Shown: piece after piece, positions 7,742-15,604 of the stretch
Numbering within the stretch: the stretch's first letter is position 1
How the letters are laid out: every line of letters begins with the position of its first letter
IMG/VR virus record: IMGVR_UViG_3300033068_001295
Strand: one strand, 5' to 3'
Length of the DNA stretch: 20,000 bases
Source of the DNA: an uncultured virus (IMG/VR IMGVR_UViG_3300033068_001295)
Lineage: Duplodnaviria > Heunggongvirae > Uroviricota > Caudoviricetes
Notes under the pieces: generated by a model
Databases searched by the model: none
Seen by the model: the letters and a program-made list of their open reading frames with translations, nothing else
What the model was told of the DNA's origin: nothing
Program-made: the position numbers and the translations under genes

Positions 7742-9254
7742 TGACAACAATGCTTTCTTAAAAGGTTACTTTACTGTTGCCGACGCTGTTTCAAAAACAA
7801 TGGGAAAAGAGGGTAAATATGCTGTCATTGAACAGTTTATGGGACTTCCTATTGTAACAAAAGACGGTGTAACTGTTGCTAGAAACATTAATTTTTCTGA
7901 CGACCAAAAGGAAGAGCAAATGGGGGCTGCTTTAATTAAACAAGCATGCGTTCAGAGTTTAATTCTAAATGGAGATGGCACTTCTACTGCGGCTTGTTTG
8001 GCGGCATCTATTGTTCGCAGTTGTTTTAAACGTAGTTGGACTAACGGAGATAAATACTTCTTTAATAAGAAAGTGGAAAAAGGTATGCAAACTGCTTTTG
8101 AAGAAGCGCAAGAAAAGCTACATTATTATGCTACATCTGTTACTGATAGTGATTTAGAAAAAATTGCATCTATCTCGGCAAATAATGACAGTGAGATTGG
8201 TAAGATAATTTTAAAAGCTTTTAAAGCAGTAGGTAAAACAGGTATTATTTCTGTGCGTGAGGGAGATAAAACAGATTTAGTTATTTCTCAGGGTATGAGA
8301 ATAAATAAAGGTTGGGTTAGTCCATTTCTAATAAACTCTCAAAAAGACGCTACTTATAGAGCAGATGATGCACTCGTAGTTGTTTATAACGGATATGAAA
8401 TACATGCTTGTGAAGAGATAAAAAACTTCATTAACGAAAATAAAGGAAAACCAACTGTACTTGTTGTTGATAAAGTTAATAGCGAAGATTGGGTAAGAGA
8501 TTTATATCGTGTAAATTCACAAGGTGTCTATAATGTAACAGTTATTGAAGCTCCAAATTATGATGTAAAAAGAGAGGCTTGTTTAGAGGATATTGCTTTA
8601 TATGTAGGGGCAGAAGTTTTTATGCAAGGTTCTTCTAAGAAAGTAGTTGCAGGTAAAGTGAGCCACGTTGTTATTGAGCAGAATTTTAGTTCATTTATTC
8701 AAAATGAACCTAACGCCCAAGTAAAAGAAAAGATTGAAACGCTTACAGACTTACTAAACCACACAGCAGATGTTCAATTTATTAAAGAACGTATTCAAGC
8801 TTTAGAGGGAGTTTCAGCCACGATTTTTGTAGGTAGTCAAACTGAATCTGAGGGGAGAGAATTAAAAGACCGTTTTGATGATGCTGTCGGGGCAATAAAA
8901 TCTGCGGTAGAACTCGGTTGGATTTCAGGTGGCGGAAGCACTTTAGTTAAAATTGCAGGAGAGATGCAAAAATCTTTTCAAAATAAGGATGAGCAGTTTG
9001 GTTATGAGGCAATGAAAAGTGCTATTAGAGCACCGTTCAAACAGATTTGTTTGAATGCTGATAGAAACCCTAATGACTACATCAAAAAAACCGAAAAAAA
9101 CTACGGAATAGGGTATAACGCCCACACAGACAGCTTATCAAACTTAATTGAAGATGGTGTTATTGATAGTTGTAAAGCTACAAAGTCTAGTTTAGAAAAC
9201 GCTTTTTCAGTTGCTAAGTTAGTTTTAAATACAAGGGTAATAATTACAAATTAA
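7728..9254 (+). CDS. groEL: Phage-encoded GroEL-like chaperonin (Cpn60)
   Basis: VTKDGVTVA, GDGTST, ASISANND, IKERI, DRFDDA, GGG, GVIDS motifs; no GGM tail. Confidence 0.93.
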   Translation: MTNINDNNAFLKGYFTVADAVSKTMGKEGKYAVIEQFMGLPIVTKDGVTVARNINFSDDQKEEQMGAALIKQACVQSLILNGDGTSTAACLAASIVRSCFKRSWTNGDKYFFNKKVEKGMQTAFEEAQEKLHYYATSVTDSDLEKIASISANNDSEIGKIILKAFKAVGKTGIISVREGDKTDLVISQGMRINKGWVSPFLINSQKDATYRADDALVVVYNGYEIHACEEIKNFINENKGKPTVLVVDKVNSEDWVRDLYRVNSQGVYNVTVIEAPNYDVKREACLEDIALYVGAEVFMQGSSKKVVAGKVSHVVIEQNFSSFIQNEPNAQVKEKIETLTDLLNHTADVQFIKERIQALEGVSATIFVGSQTESEGRELKDRFDDAVGAIKSAVELGWISGGGSTLVKIAGEMQKSFQNKDEQFGYEAMKSAIRAPFKQICLNADRNPNDYIKKTEKNYGIGYNAHTDSLSNLIEDGVIDSCKATKSSLENAFSVAKLVLNTRVIITN

Positions 9255-9258
9255 AACA

Positions 9259-9504
9259 ATGAAAATAAATACAATTTTAGACATCGTTCTTTTATCTATA
9301 TTATTAATGTTTATCGCTAAAACTAAGGTGTGTTTTAACCCTTTTTCTATAAGTTTTGGAGCACCTTATTTAGCACTAGCATGTATTTTTCTCGGTTTAT
9401 CAATAGGTCTTTTTTCAACACATTATGAGGAAGTAGGGTATCAAAAAGGAATTACAAAATCAGTAAAAGAGGAAATTAAAGAAATACTTTTAAAAGATGA
9501 GTAG
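9259..9504 (+). CDS. Small two-TM membrane protein (holin-like topology)
   Basis: Two hydrophobic helices and a charged C-terminus. Confidence 0.55.
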   Translation: MKINTILDIVLLSILLMFIAKTKVCFNPFSISFGAPYLALACIFLGLSIGLFSTHYEEVGYQKGITKSVKEEIKEILLKDE

Positions 9505-9856
9505 GGAAACAAAACTTTGGTTAGTAATTATATTATTAGTTGTAGGAATCTATTTTGGACTTACATATTTAGACAACCATTACAATAGAGTTTCTCTTTT
9601 AGAAAAAAACGATAAAATTCTAAGAGAGAATGTAGAAATTTATAAAAAACAAATTCTGACTTACAAACAAAAGCAGGACAGTTTAAAAACTGTAATTGCA
9701 GATGGTCAAACAGAGATAGACTCTCTAAAAACAACTAGAGAACTAATTATCATAAATAAAGGTAAAGCTACAAAAGAAGTTTGGGCTGTCCCAAATTCAG
9801 AGATGCAAAAAAAGTTTGACCAAAAAGTAAAACAAATACAAGCTAGAAAACGATGA
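9497..9856 (+). CDS. N-terminal TM anchor plus coiled coil (i-spanin-like topology)
   Basis: LWLVIILLVVGIYFGL followed by a heptad-rich region. Confidence 0.55.
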   Translation: MSRETKLWLVIILLVVGIYFGLTYLDNHYNRVSLLEKNDKILRENVEIYKKQILTYKQKQDSLKTVIADGQTEIDSLKTTRELIIINKGKATKEVWAVPNSEMQKKFDQKVKQIQARKR

Positions 9857-10404
9857 AAAAACTTTTTTTACTTACAATACTATTCATATCTTTTTGTTGT
9901 GTTGGGCAAATACAACATAATGTAAAGAGAGGAGAAACAATGTTTGGTATTTCCAACAAATATAATATCTCAATCACGGAGCTAAAAGACAACAACACTT
10001 TCCTTTATAAAAAAGGATTGATTATCGGTCAAACTCTCGCTATTCCCACTTTTCAAAGACCTATTGTTGCTTTAGACTCTGTTAGTTCGCGAGTTATATA
10101 TTCAGAACTAGTAGATTGTGAATTTACCAAAAAAGAATTGGAACTTATTGAAAATGTTCTGAAAAAAACAGAAGCTAATTCTGAAACTAAGGATAAGTTA
10201 GTAGGTGTTATGGACGACGAGAGAAAAACTGTTAATAGGATGGCAGAAGCAAATCAACAGCTTTTAGTAAATTGCGACGAAGAGAAGAAAAGTTTGAAAA
10301 AAATAAACGATAAACAGAACATTAGAAACACAGTAAACAAATTTGTTTATTTTATTGCAGGAAGTTGTTTAGGTGGTGGTTTTGTTTATGTAATTTTGAA
10401 ATAA
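9853..10404 (+). CDS. Exported LysM-domain coiled-coil protein with C-terminal membrane anchor
   Basis: Signal peptide MKKLFLLTILFISFCCVG|Q; LysM HNVKRGETMFGISNKYNISITELKDNN...LIIGQTLAIP; coiled coil; C-terminal hydrophobic FVYFIAGSCLGGGFVYVILK. Confidence 0.8.
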   Translation: MKKLFLLTILFISFCCVGQIQHNVKRGETMFGISNKYNISITELKDNNTFLYKKGLIIGQTLAIPTFQRPIVALDSVSSRVIYSELVDCEFTKKELELIENVLKKTEANSETKDKLVGVMDDERKTVNRMAEANQQLLVNCDEEKKSLKKINDKQNIRNTVNKFVYFIAGSCLGGGFVYVILK

Positions 10405-10649
10405 TGATACCAACAGCACACACAGCAGATGACTACGCAGGGTTAGAAACAGAAAATTTTAGTTTTTATTTTGGATATGAAATACAAGATGAAGAGGAGA
10501 ACTGGTGTTTTACAGCAAGCGATAAAAACGGAAAAGAGTTGTTTAGAGCCTCTTCAAAAGAATTAAATTGTGTAGGGGATTATCCAGAAATAGGGTTATT
10601 GAAGGGCGTAGGAGTATTTTTAGAAAACGAAATAATAGGATTAGTATGA
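10404..10649 (+). CDS. Hypothetical acidic protein
   Basis: Start reassigned to ATG 10404 (TAATG overlap); MIPTAHTADD... Confidence 0.65.
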   Translation: MIPTAHTADDYAGLETENFSFYFGYEIQDEEENWCFTASDKNGKELFRASSKELNCVGDYPEIGLLKGVGVFLENEIIGLV

Positions 10650-11245
10650 TAGAAACAATAAGTAAATACCCAAATTTAAGAAAGGCTTTAAAGTACATTA
10701 TTTTAACAAACACAGCTAACAACGCACCATATCATAATTTAAATCATCTTTTAACGGTTACAAAACACTGTTATAATGCTTTAGAATATAGTGCATTAGA
10801 AAGTGAAGAGCTGTTAATGGCATCTTTATTCCACGACTATAATCACTCTATGGGAAAAGAAATGGATGGTATAAATGTGTCAGTAGCTCAATCAGAATTA
10901 ATCAGGTTTATTGAGAATCAAAACATAGACTTAGATATTGATTTTATGTTATCTATTTTAAGTGCAACACAATATCCTTATGTAATCCCCGCAGAAAAAC
11001 TAAACACATATCAAAAAATTATTCGAGATGCTGATTTATGTCAGATATATGAATACAATTGGATTCAACAAAATATATTTGGTTTATCACAAGAGATGAA
11101 TATTCCTGTCAAAGATATGGTGAGTGGGCAAATTAAATTTTTACAAAGTATAGAACCATTAACGGAATATGGTAAATACATGCACGACACTTGTTTTAAT
11201 AGGGTTTTAAAAAGCGTTAAATTACTAGAAGAAGTTTTAAAATAA
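10646..11245 (+). CDS. HD-domain phosphohydrolase, cyclic-nucleotide phosphodiesterase-like
   Basis: PYHNLNH...ASLFHDYNHSMG...IIRDADL; start reassigned to ATG 10646 (ATGA overlap). Confidence 0.8.
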   Translation: MIETISKYPNLRKALKYIILTNTANNAPYHNLNHLLTVTKHCYNALEYSALESEELLMASLFHDYNHSMGKEMDGINVSVAQSELIRFIENQNIDLDIDFMLSILSATQYPYVIPAEKLNTYQKIIRDADLCQIYEYNWIQQNIFGLSQEMNIPVKDMVSGQIKFLQSIEPLTEYGKYMHDTCFNRVLKSVKLLEEVLK

Positions 11246-11745
11246 TGGTTGTAAAACTAGAGAATAAACTTAATGACATAAATGAAGTTTACGAAATATG
11301 TAAGTCACAAGATATAAATACAGATTTAATAATTTCATTTATAGGAAAAAAGATTGGGTCAGGTAGTTTTAGAACAGTGTATGAATATAATTTTGATAAA
11401 AGCTATGTCATCAAAGTAGAGCACGGAAATTCAGAATGTAACTTAATGGAGTACACTCTTTGGAAAGAGATTGAAAATTTATGTGGTGATTTAGCTTGGG
11501 TTCGCGATTGGTTTGCTCCTGTGCTTTGGATTTCACCTAATGGAAAGGTGTTGGTTATGAAACGCACACAAGAAAAAGATAATAAAGAGAGACCAAGAAA
11601 AGTACCTGATTTCTTTACAGATTTAAAAAGAGATAATTTTGGGTGGATAGGTTCAAAATTCGTATGTCACGACTATGGATTTATTTATAGGTTTTTAACG
11701 TATTCTAAAAAAATGAGAACAGTTCCAAAAAGTAATTGGTGGTAA
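11245..11745 (+). CDS. Minimal protein-kinase-like protein
   Basis: Gly loop IGSGSFRTVY, VIKVE, helix-C Glu (NLME), catalytic loop DLKRDN, DFG-like DYG. Confidence 0.75.
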   Translation: MVVKLENKLNDINEVYEICKSQDINTDLIISFIGKKIGSGSFRTVYEYNFDKSYVIKVEHGNSECNLMEYTLWKEIENLCGDLAWVRDWFAPVLWISPNGKVLVMKRTQEKDNKERPRKVPDFFTDLKRDNFGWIGSKFVCHDYGFIYRFLTYSKKMRTVPKSNWW

Positions 11746-12059
11746 AGAAAGGCTACATATATTTACTGTGGGATGGAGAAGATGCTTATAAAATAGGCGC
11801 GACTAAGAACCATCCCTCAGAAAGAATTAAAAACTTAAATTCTGGAAACCCTAATAAAATAGTTTTAATAGACTACTTTGAATGCGAAAAATATTTTAAA
11901 GTAGAAAAAATGTTACATAAAAAGTATAGTCAGAATAAAACAGATGGAAACAATGAATGGAGATATTTATCAAGAGAACAAGTTTATAGTTTTAAAAGTG
12001 ATTGTGAAATATTATGTGACACATTAACTTATATTTACAATAACAATGAATTCTTATAG
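11736..12059 (+). CDS. T5orf172/GIY-YIG-like nuclease domain protein
   Basis: GYIYLL...YKIGAT...ERIKNLNSGNP...VEKMLH...NEW. Confidence 0.8.
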   Translation: MVVKKGYIYLLWDGEDAYKIGATKNHPSERIKNLNSGNPNKIVLIDYFECEKYFKVEKMLHKKYSQNKTDGNNEWRYLSREQVYSFKSDCEILCDTLTYIYNNNEFL

Positions 12060-12088
12060 CGGATGCCGAAAAGCTAATAGAGTAGGTA
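12057..12088 (+). ncRNA. Candidate compact H-type pseudoknot cis-element
   Basis: TAGC 12057-60 pairs with GCTA 12073-76; loop TGCC 12064-67 pairs with GGTA 12085-88; GC-rich island 20 nt before the ATG at 12108. Confidence 0.35.
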
Positions 12089-12107
12089 ATATATAAATAC
12101 ACAATAA

Positions 12108-12419
12108 ATGAACTACACATTACGAATTATTAATCAGACTCACAGTGGAGCTGAAGAAAGAAGAAACTCTAGTTTAGGAACAGATTATGACGTTCTTATG
12201 AAGACATCTCGCACGTGTCCTGACACACCTAACAGATTTGAGCAAGAGCAGTCAAAGCATTTCAATATTGCAGACACTGTAATAGACCAAACTCTTGTCG
12301 GTTTTGTTTTCAGTAAAGATGGGGTTAGACACCCAATTAGAGATTTTGAAGTTGCCTATATTGTTAATGAAAACGGACAAACTTTTGAAAGAGTCTACGG
12401 ACAATATGAAAGGTATTAA
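12108..12419 (+). CDS. Hypothetical phage protein (C-terminal AYIVNENGQTFE)
   Basis: 103 aa ORF followed by a terminator. Confidence 0.75.
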   Translation: MNYTLRIINQTHSGAEERRNSSLGTDYDVLMKTSRTCPDTPNRFEQEQSKHFNIADTVIDQTLVGFVFSKDGVRHPIRDFEVAYIVNENGQTFERVYGQYERY

Positions 12420-12425
12420 ATTAGT

Positions 12426-12447
12426 AACCCCCATTTAAGGGGGTTTT
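12426..12447 (+). terminator. Intrinsic terminator
   Basis: AACCCCC-ATTTAA-GGGGGTT followed by TT. Confidence 0.7.
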
Positions 12448-12462
12448 ATATAAAAAGAAGTT

Positions 12463-12969
12463 ATGGTTATATTAATAATTTTAGTTTTTGTTGGTGCTGT
12501 TGTATTTTTATTTCGGCGCACTTCGTTTAAAGGCTTTACCTGCAAAAGTAATAAAACAACAGTTTTAAAGGACAAAATAGATATAAGTATACCTTACACC
12601 TACTCAGCGTTTGAATTAGACCTTATAACGCTTATAAATAAGCATAGAGATACGTTAGGGCTACAAGAAGTGAAGTTAAATGATTATATGTCTAACTTAT
12701 GCTTGGAACATAACAAATATATGGCGGAAAAAGGAAAAGCAAGTCATGATAATTTTGATATCCGTTCTAAAGCTATTTTAGATAACTTAGAGGCTCAATC
12801 AGTTAATGAAAATGTTGCTTATAATTATTCTACACCGTCTTCTACTTTAAATGCGTGGTTAAACAGTGAAGGACATAGGAAAAACATAGAAAACCCTAAG
12901 TGGAATTTAATAGGAGTTAGTAATTTTTCAAAATTTTCTACGAATTTATTTGCACATGTAAAAAATTAG
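12463..12969 (+). CDS. Membrane-anchored CAP/SCP domain protein
   Basis: N-terminal TM; LINKHR...HNKYMA...SHDNF...ENVAY...AWLNSEGHRKNI...IGVS. Confidence 0.88.
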   Translation: MVILIILVFVGAVVFLFRRTSFKGFTCKSNKTTVLKDKIDISIPYTYSAFELDLITLINKHRDTLGLQEVKLNDYMSNLCLEHNKYMAEKGKASHDNFDIRSKAILDNLEAQSVNENVAYNYSTPSSTLNAWLNSEGHRKNIENPKWNLIGVSNFSKFSTNLFAHVKN

Positions 12970-12980
12970 TTATATATTTG
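12949..12980 (+). promoter_or_regulatory. Bacteroidota sigma-A promoter
   Basis: TTTG 12949-12952, 20-nt spacer, TATATTTG 12973-12980. Confidence 0.8.
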
Positions 12981-12998
12981 TGGAATAAAATAAGAATT

Positions 12999-13253
12999 AT
13001 GACAGCGAGACAAATATTAATGGAGGGTAACGAAGGGTGCTCTTTTATAGATGTAATAAACAATCTAACTGAAGACCAAATACTTGACTGCATGCACGAA
13101 TATGCTAAGTTAAAGTGTAAAAAGTTGTTAGAAATAGTGGCGGAGAAGGCTCAAGTAAAAACAGTTACTTTACCTAATGGTTTAAATATTAAAACTTGTG
13201 TTGTTGATGAGGTCTCTATTTATGATATTGACTTAGAAGAGTTTTGGTCTTAA
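12999..13253 (+). CDS. Hypothetical protein
   Basis: Start moved to ATG 12999 because the TTG at 12978 lies inside the -7 box. Confidence 0.65.
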   Translation: MTARQILMEGNEGCSFIDVINNLTEDQILDCMHEYAKLKCKKLLEIVAEKAQVKTVTLPNGLNIKTCVVDEVSIYDIDLEEFWS

Positions 13254-13264
13254 TATTTTTACGT

Positions 13265-13576
13265 ATGACAGAAGAATGGAATACAGGATACTACGATAAA
13301 CATGATAAATTTCAAACCTATTAAAAACGGTGGTGTTGTACAGAAAATAAAATTATACACGGCTCAGAAAAAGAAAAAATAACAATTAAAAATGATGGTA
13401 AAGGAAGAGCACAATCTTTTGAAGCAGAGTTAAATGAATCTTCGGAAGGTAATTATTGGGGACATTGGGAGGTAAGACTAAGTGGTTATGGAGCTAATGA
13501 ATATTCCGCAAAAGAAAATTTAAAACAAAAATTTTACGAACTAATAGAAAAATGGAATGAAAATAACAAAGACTAA
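13265..13576 (+). pseudogene. Disrupted small gene(s)
   Basis: ATG 13265, in-frame TAA 13322-24, then ~83 more open codons (IKNDGKGRAQSFEAEL...GYGANE...) to TAA 13574-76 with no ATG of their own. Confidence 0.5.
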
Positions 13577-13883
13577 AGAAGTTATAACAGAAGAAATAGA
13601 AGTAGTTCCAGGAACTTATTATTTTGAAGATGAAAATATAATAGCACATAGATTTATTTTAAAAGAGCCAGAAGATGAGTATTCGGAATATATGTTAGAA
13701 ACCTTATATTCAAATTCTAATAAAGTAGGTATAATTATAAGAGAAGATGGAACTTGGGATGATGAACATTTACCATTTGTATTTTCTCAGTTTATCACAG
13801 GAAACGGCGGAAAACAAATTACAAAAGAAGATTTTGAAAAAGAAAGACAAGAAGTATTAAAAAGATTAGCAGATGAAAGATAA
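13557..13883 (+). CDS. Hypothetical protein
   Basis: 108 aa ORF. Confidence 0.7.
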   Translation: MKITKTKEVITEEIEVVPGTYYFEDENIIAHRFILKEPEDEYSEYMLETLYSNSNKVGIIIREDGTWDDEHLPFVFSQFITGNGGKQITKEDFEKERQEVLKRLADER

Positions 13884-14202
13884 AATACAAACTAACGTTC
13901 AATTAATGTGTGACGGCGTAGAATTAAATATTGCCGCGACAAAAAATTTAAAAAAGGAAAAAGGTAATCTTAAAAACTTCGGTTACATACAAGTAAGTAC
14001 AGGAATGGCAGATGAAAAACATCCTTGTTTTTGGGATAATTTAAATTTTTTCTTGAAAGCAGATTTTAAAACGTTTAAAGAAGAGTGCAAAGAAGATTTG
14101 AAAAAGGGAAATTTTCCGCCGAAAAAAACTTATGAAACAATAAAAAGATTATTAAAACGAGCAACCAAGCTAAAGATAATTGAAACCATAACAATAGAAT
14201 AA
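13873..14202 (+). CDS. Hypothetical protein
   Basis: 109 aa ORF overlapping the upstream stop. Confidence 0.7.
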   Translation: MKDKIQTNVQLMCDGVELNIAATKNLKKEKGNLKNFGYIQVSTGMADEKHPCFWDNLNFFLKADFKTFKEECKEDLKKGNFPPKKTYETIKRLLKRATKLKIIETITIE

Positions 14203-14204
14203 AT

Positions 14205-14669
14205 ATGCACCACTTCTTCAGCAAAGACATCACAGTAGAAAATATAAATGAGCTTATCACCACACTAGATACAGATGAGAAAATAAACCTATACTTTAGT
14301 ACAGAAGGAGGTAGTCCATCAGCAATGAAATTTCTCATAGACTTTTTAAACACTAAAAATGTTGAAATAACTTTAGTAGATTGGGTTATGTCTTCGGGAA
14401 CTTTACTTTTTACAGATTTTAACGGTAAAATAAATTTACACGAAGAGCTAGATTGTATTTTATTCCACATGTTTGATAGAGAAAGTTACAGTTTACGTAA
14501 GGGCTTTTTAAATGAGAAGATATTAACTAAACAAGATTTAGAAGGGAATAAAAAATTCGCGGAAAAAATTAAAAACAAAGGTTATTTGACAAATAAACAA
14601 ATAAAAAAATTCTTAAAAGGAGAAGACGTAATAATATATAAAAAGACGTTTTCAAAATGGAAAGTATAA
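14205..14669 (+). CDS. ClpP-family protease-like protein
   Basis: INLYFSTEGG (cf. LYINSPGG), VMSSG (Ser), LFH (His), GEDV (candidate Asp). Confidence 0.65.
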   Translation: MHHFFSKDITVENINELITTLDTDEKINLYFSTEGGSPSAMKFLIDFLNTKNVEITLVDWVMSSGTLLFTDFNGKINLHEELDCILFHMFDRESYSLRKGFLNEKILTKQDLEGNKKFAEKIKNKGYLTNKQIKKFLKGEDVIIYKKTFSKWKV

Positions 14670-14682
14670 AAAACACTACTAA

Positions 14683-15003
14683 ATGAATTTAACAAGACTT
14701 AAAAAAGCAGATAACTGCGAAGTACAGAAGTGGCTAAAAGAAAAACTAAATCTGACTGATTACCAAATTTCTAAAATGCGAGACGAGGAAATACTAAGAT
14801 TTAGTAAGTTTAAATTTTATAAGCAGACTAAAGAAACACCTACTAATATTTTATGGAGAATTAGTTTAATACCTTACGTAGCGTATTACATTTTATTATT
14901 AATTGGGATGCCATTCACATTTTTATTTGCAGGAAAGTGGGGATATAGTCAGAAGTTTTATGATGGATTTCACTCTCCTTGGGTTAGAAAATTAGGTTTA
15001 TAG
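14683..15003 (+). CDS. Hypothetical membrane protein
   Basis: Hydrophobic ISLIPYVAYYILLLIGMPFTFLFAG. Confidence 0.7.
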   Translation: MNLTRLKKADNCEVQKWLKEKLNLTDYQISKMRDEEILRFSKFKFYKQTKETPTNILWRISLIPYVAYYILLLIGMPFTFLFAGKWGYSQKFYDGFHSPWVRKLGL

Positions 15004-15005
15004 AT

Positions 15006-15245
15006 ATGAAAGAAAACAAAGATTTTTTAGAACTTCATAAAGGTAGTTTAGAACACTTAGGTTTTTGGCAAGAAAGTTATTTACAAACCCTTTTAAAATC
15101 CGCGGAACAAAACTATAAAACGGAAATTATCAAAGACTACACCATAACAGATATAATACTGAAAGATAATAAATTTATAATGAAATGGGTAAAAAGACAT
15201 GTGCCTTTAACAAAACAAGAACTTAAAGAACAATATGGAAGATAG
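15006..15245 (+). CDS. Hypothetical protein
   Basis: 79 aa ORF. Confidence 0.65.
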   Translation: MKENKDFLELHKGSLEHLGFWQESYLQTLLKSAEQNYKTEIIKDYTITDIILKDNKFIMKWVKRHVPLTKQELKEQYGR

Positions 15246-15492
15246 CCAAAGAGAAGCAATGTACAACGGGTGGGCAAACAGTAAGATTTGGCTCGATGTA
15301 CTTAAAGAAGTCGATTATGAAAAAACTACCGTTAGTGTAATTTTTGGCGAAAAAGAATATAAAGAAACTGTTTATAAAAAAGACTGTTTCGGAAATTCAA
15401 ATCCTTATAATATAGCATTTAACAGATTGCTTACAAAAATGAAAAACATTGATAAGAATATTGAAATGAAATACGAATGGAGATTGGAATAA
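15235..15492 (+). CDS. Hypothetical protein
   Basis: 85 aa ORF; last gene before the non-coding block. Confidence 0.65.
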   Translation: MEDSQREAMYNGWANSKIWLDVLKEVDYEKTTVSVIFGEKEYKETVYKKDCFGNSNPYNIAFNRLLTKMKNIDKNIEMKYEWRLE

Positions 15493-15570
15493 AAACACCC
15501 CCCATAGCTATATAAAGCATACCCCATTACCAAACTATACCCCCCTATACAACTCAATGAAAAAAATTGT

Positions 15571-15604
15571 TTTGGCTAGGGGTTTTTGTTTTGTAGTAAG
15601 TTTG
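15571..15604 (+). promoter_or_regulatory. Possible sigma-A promoter with no downstream ORF
   Basis: TTTG 15571-74, 22-nt spacer, TAAGTTTG 15597-15604. Confidence 0.4.

Noticed and set aside
6759..8157. Alternative-frame + strand ORFs 6759-6956 and 7969-8157
   Set aside because: They overlap SSB and GroEL out of frame and have no protein-like features.
9853..10404. Unimolecular spanin (lipoprotein plus C-terminal TM)
   Set aside because: Cys residues are present but the preceding residues (ISFC) fit a lipobox poorly; cleavage before Gln is more plausible. Not fully excluded without SignalP.
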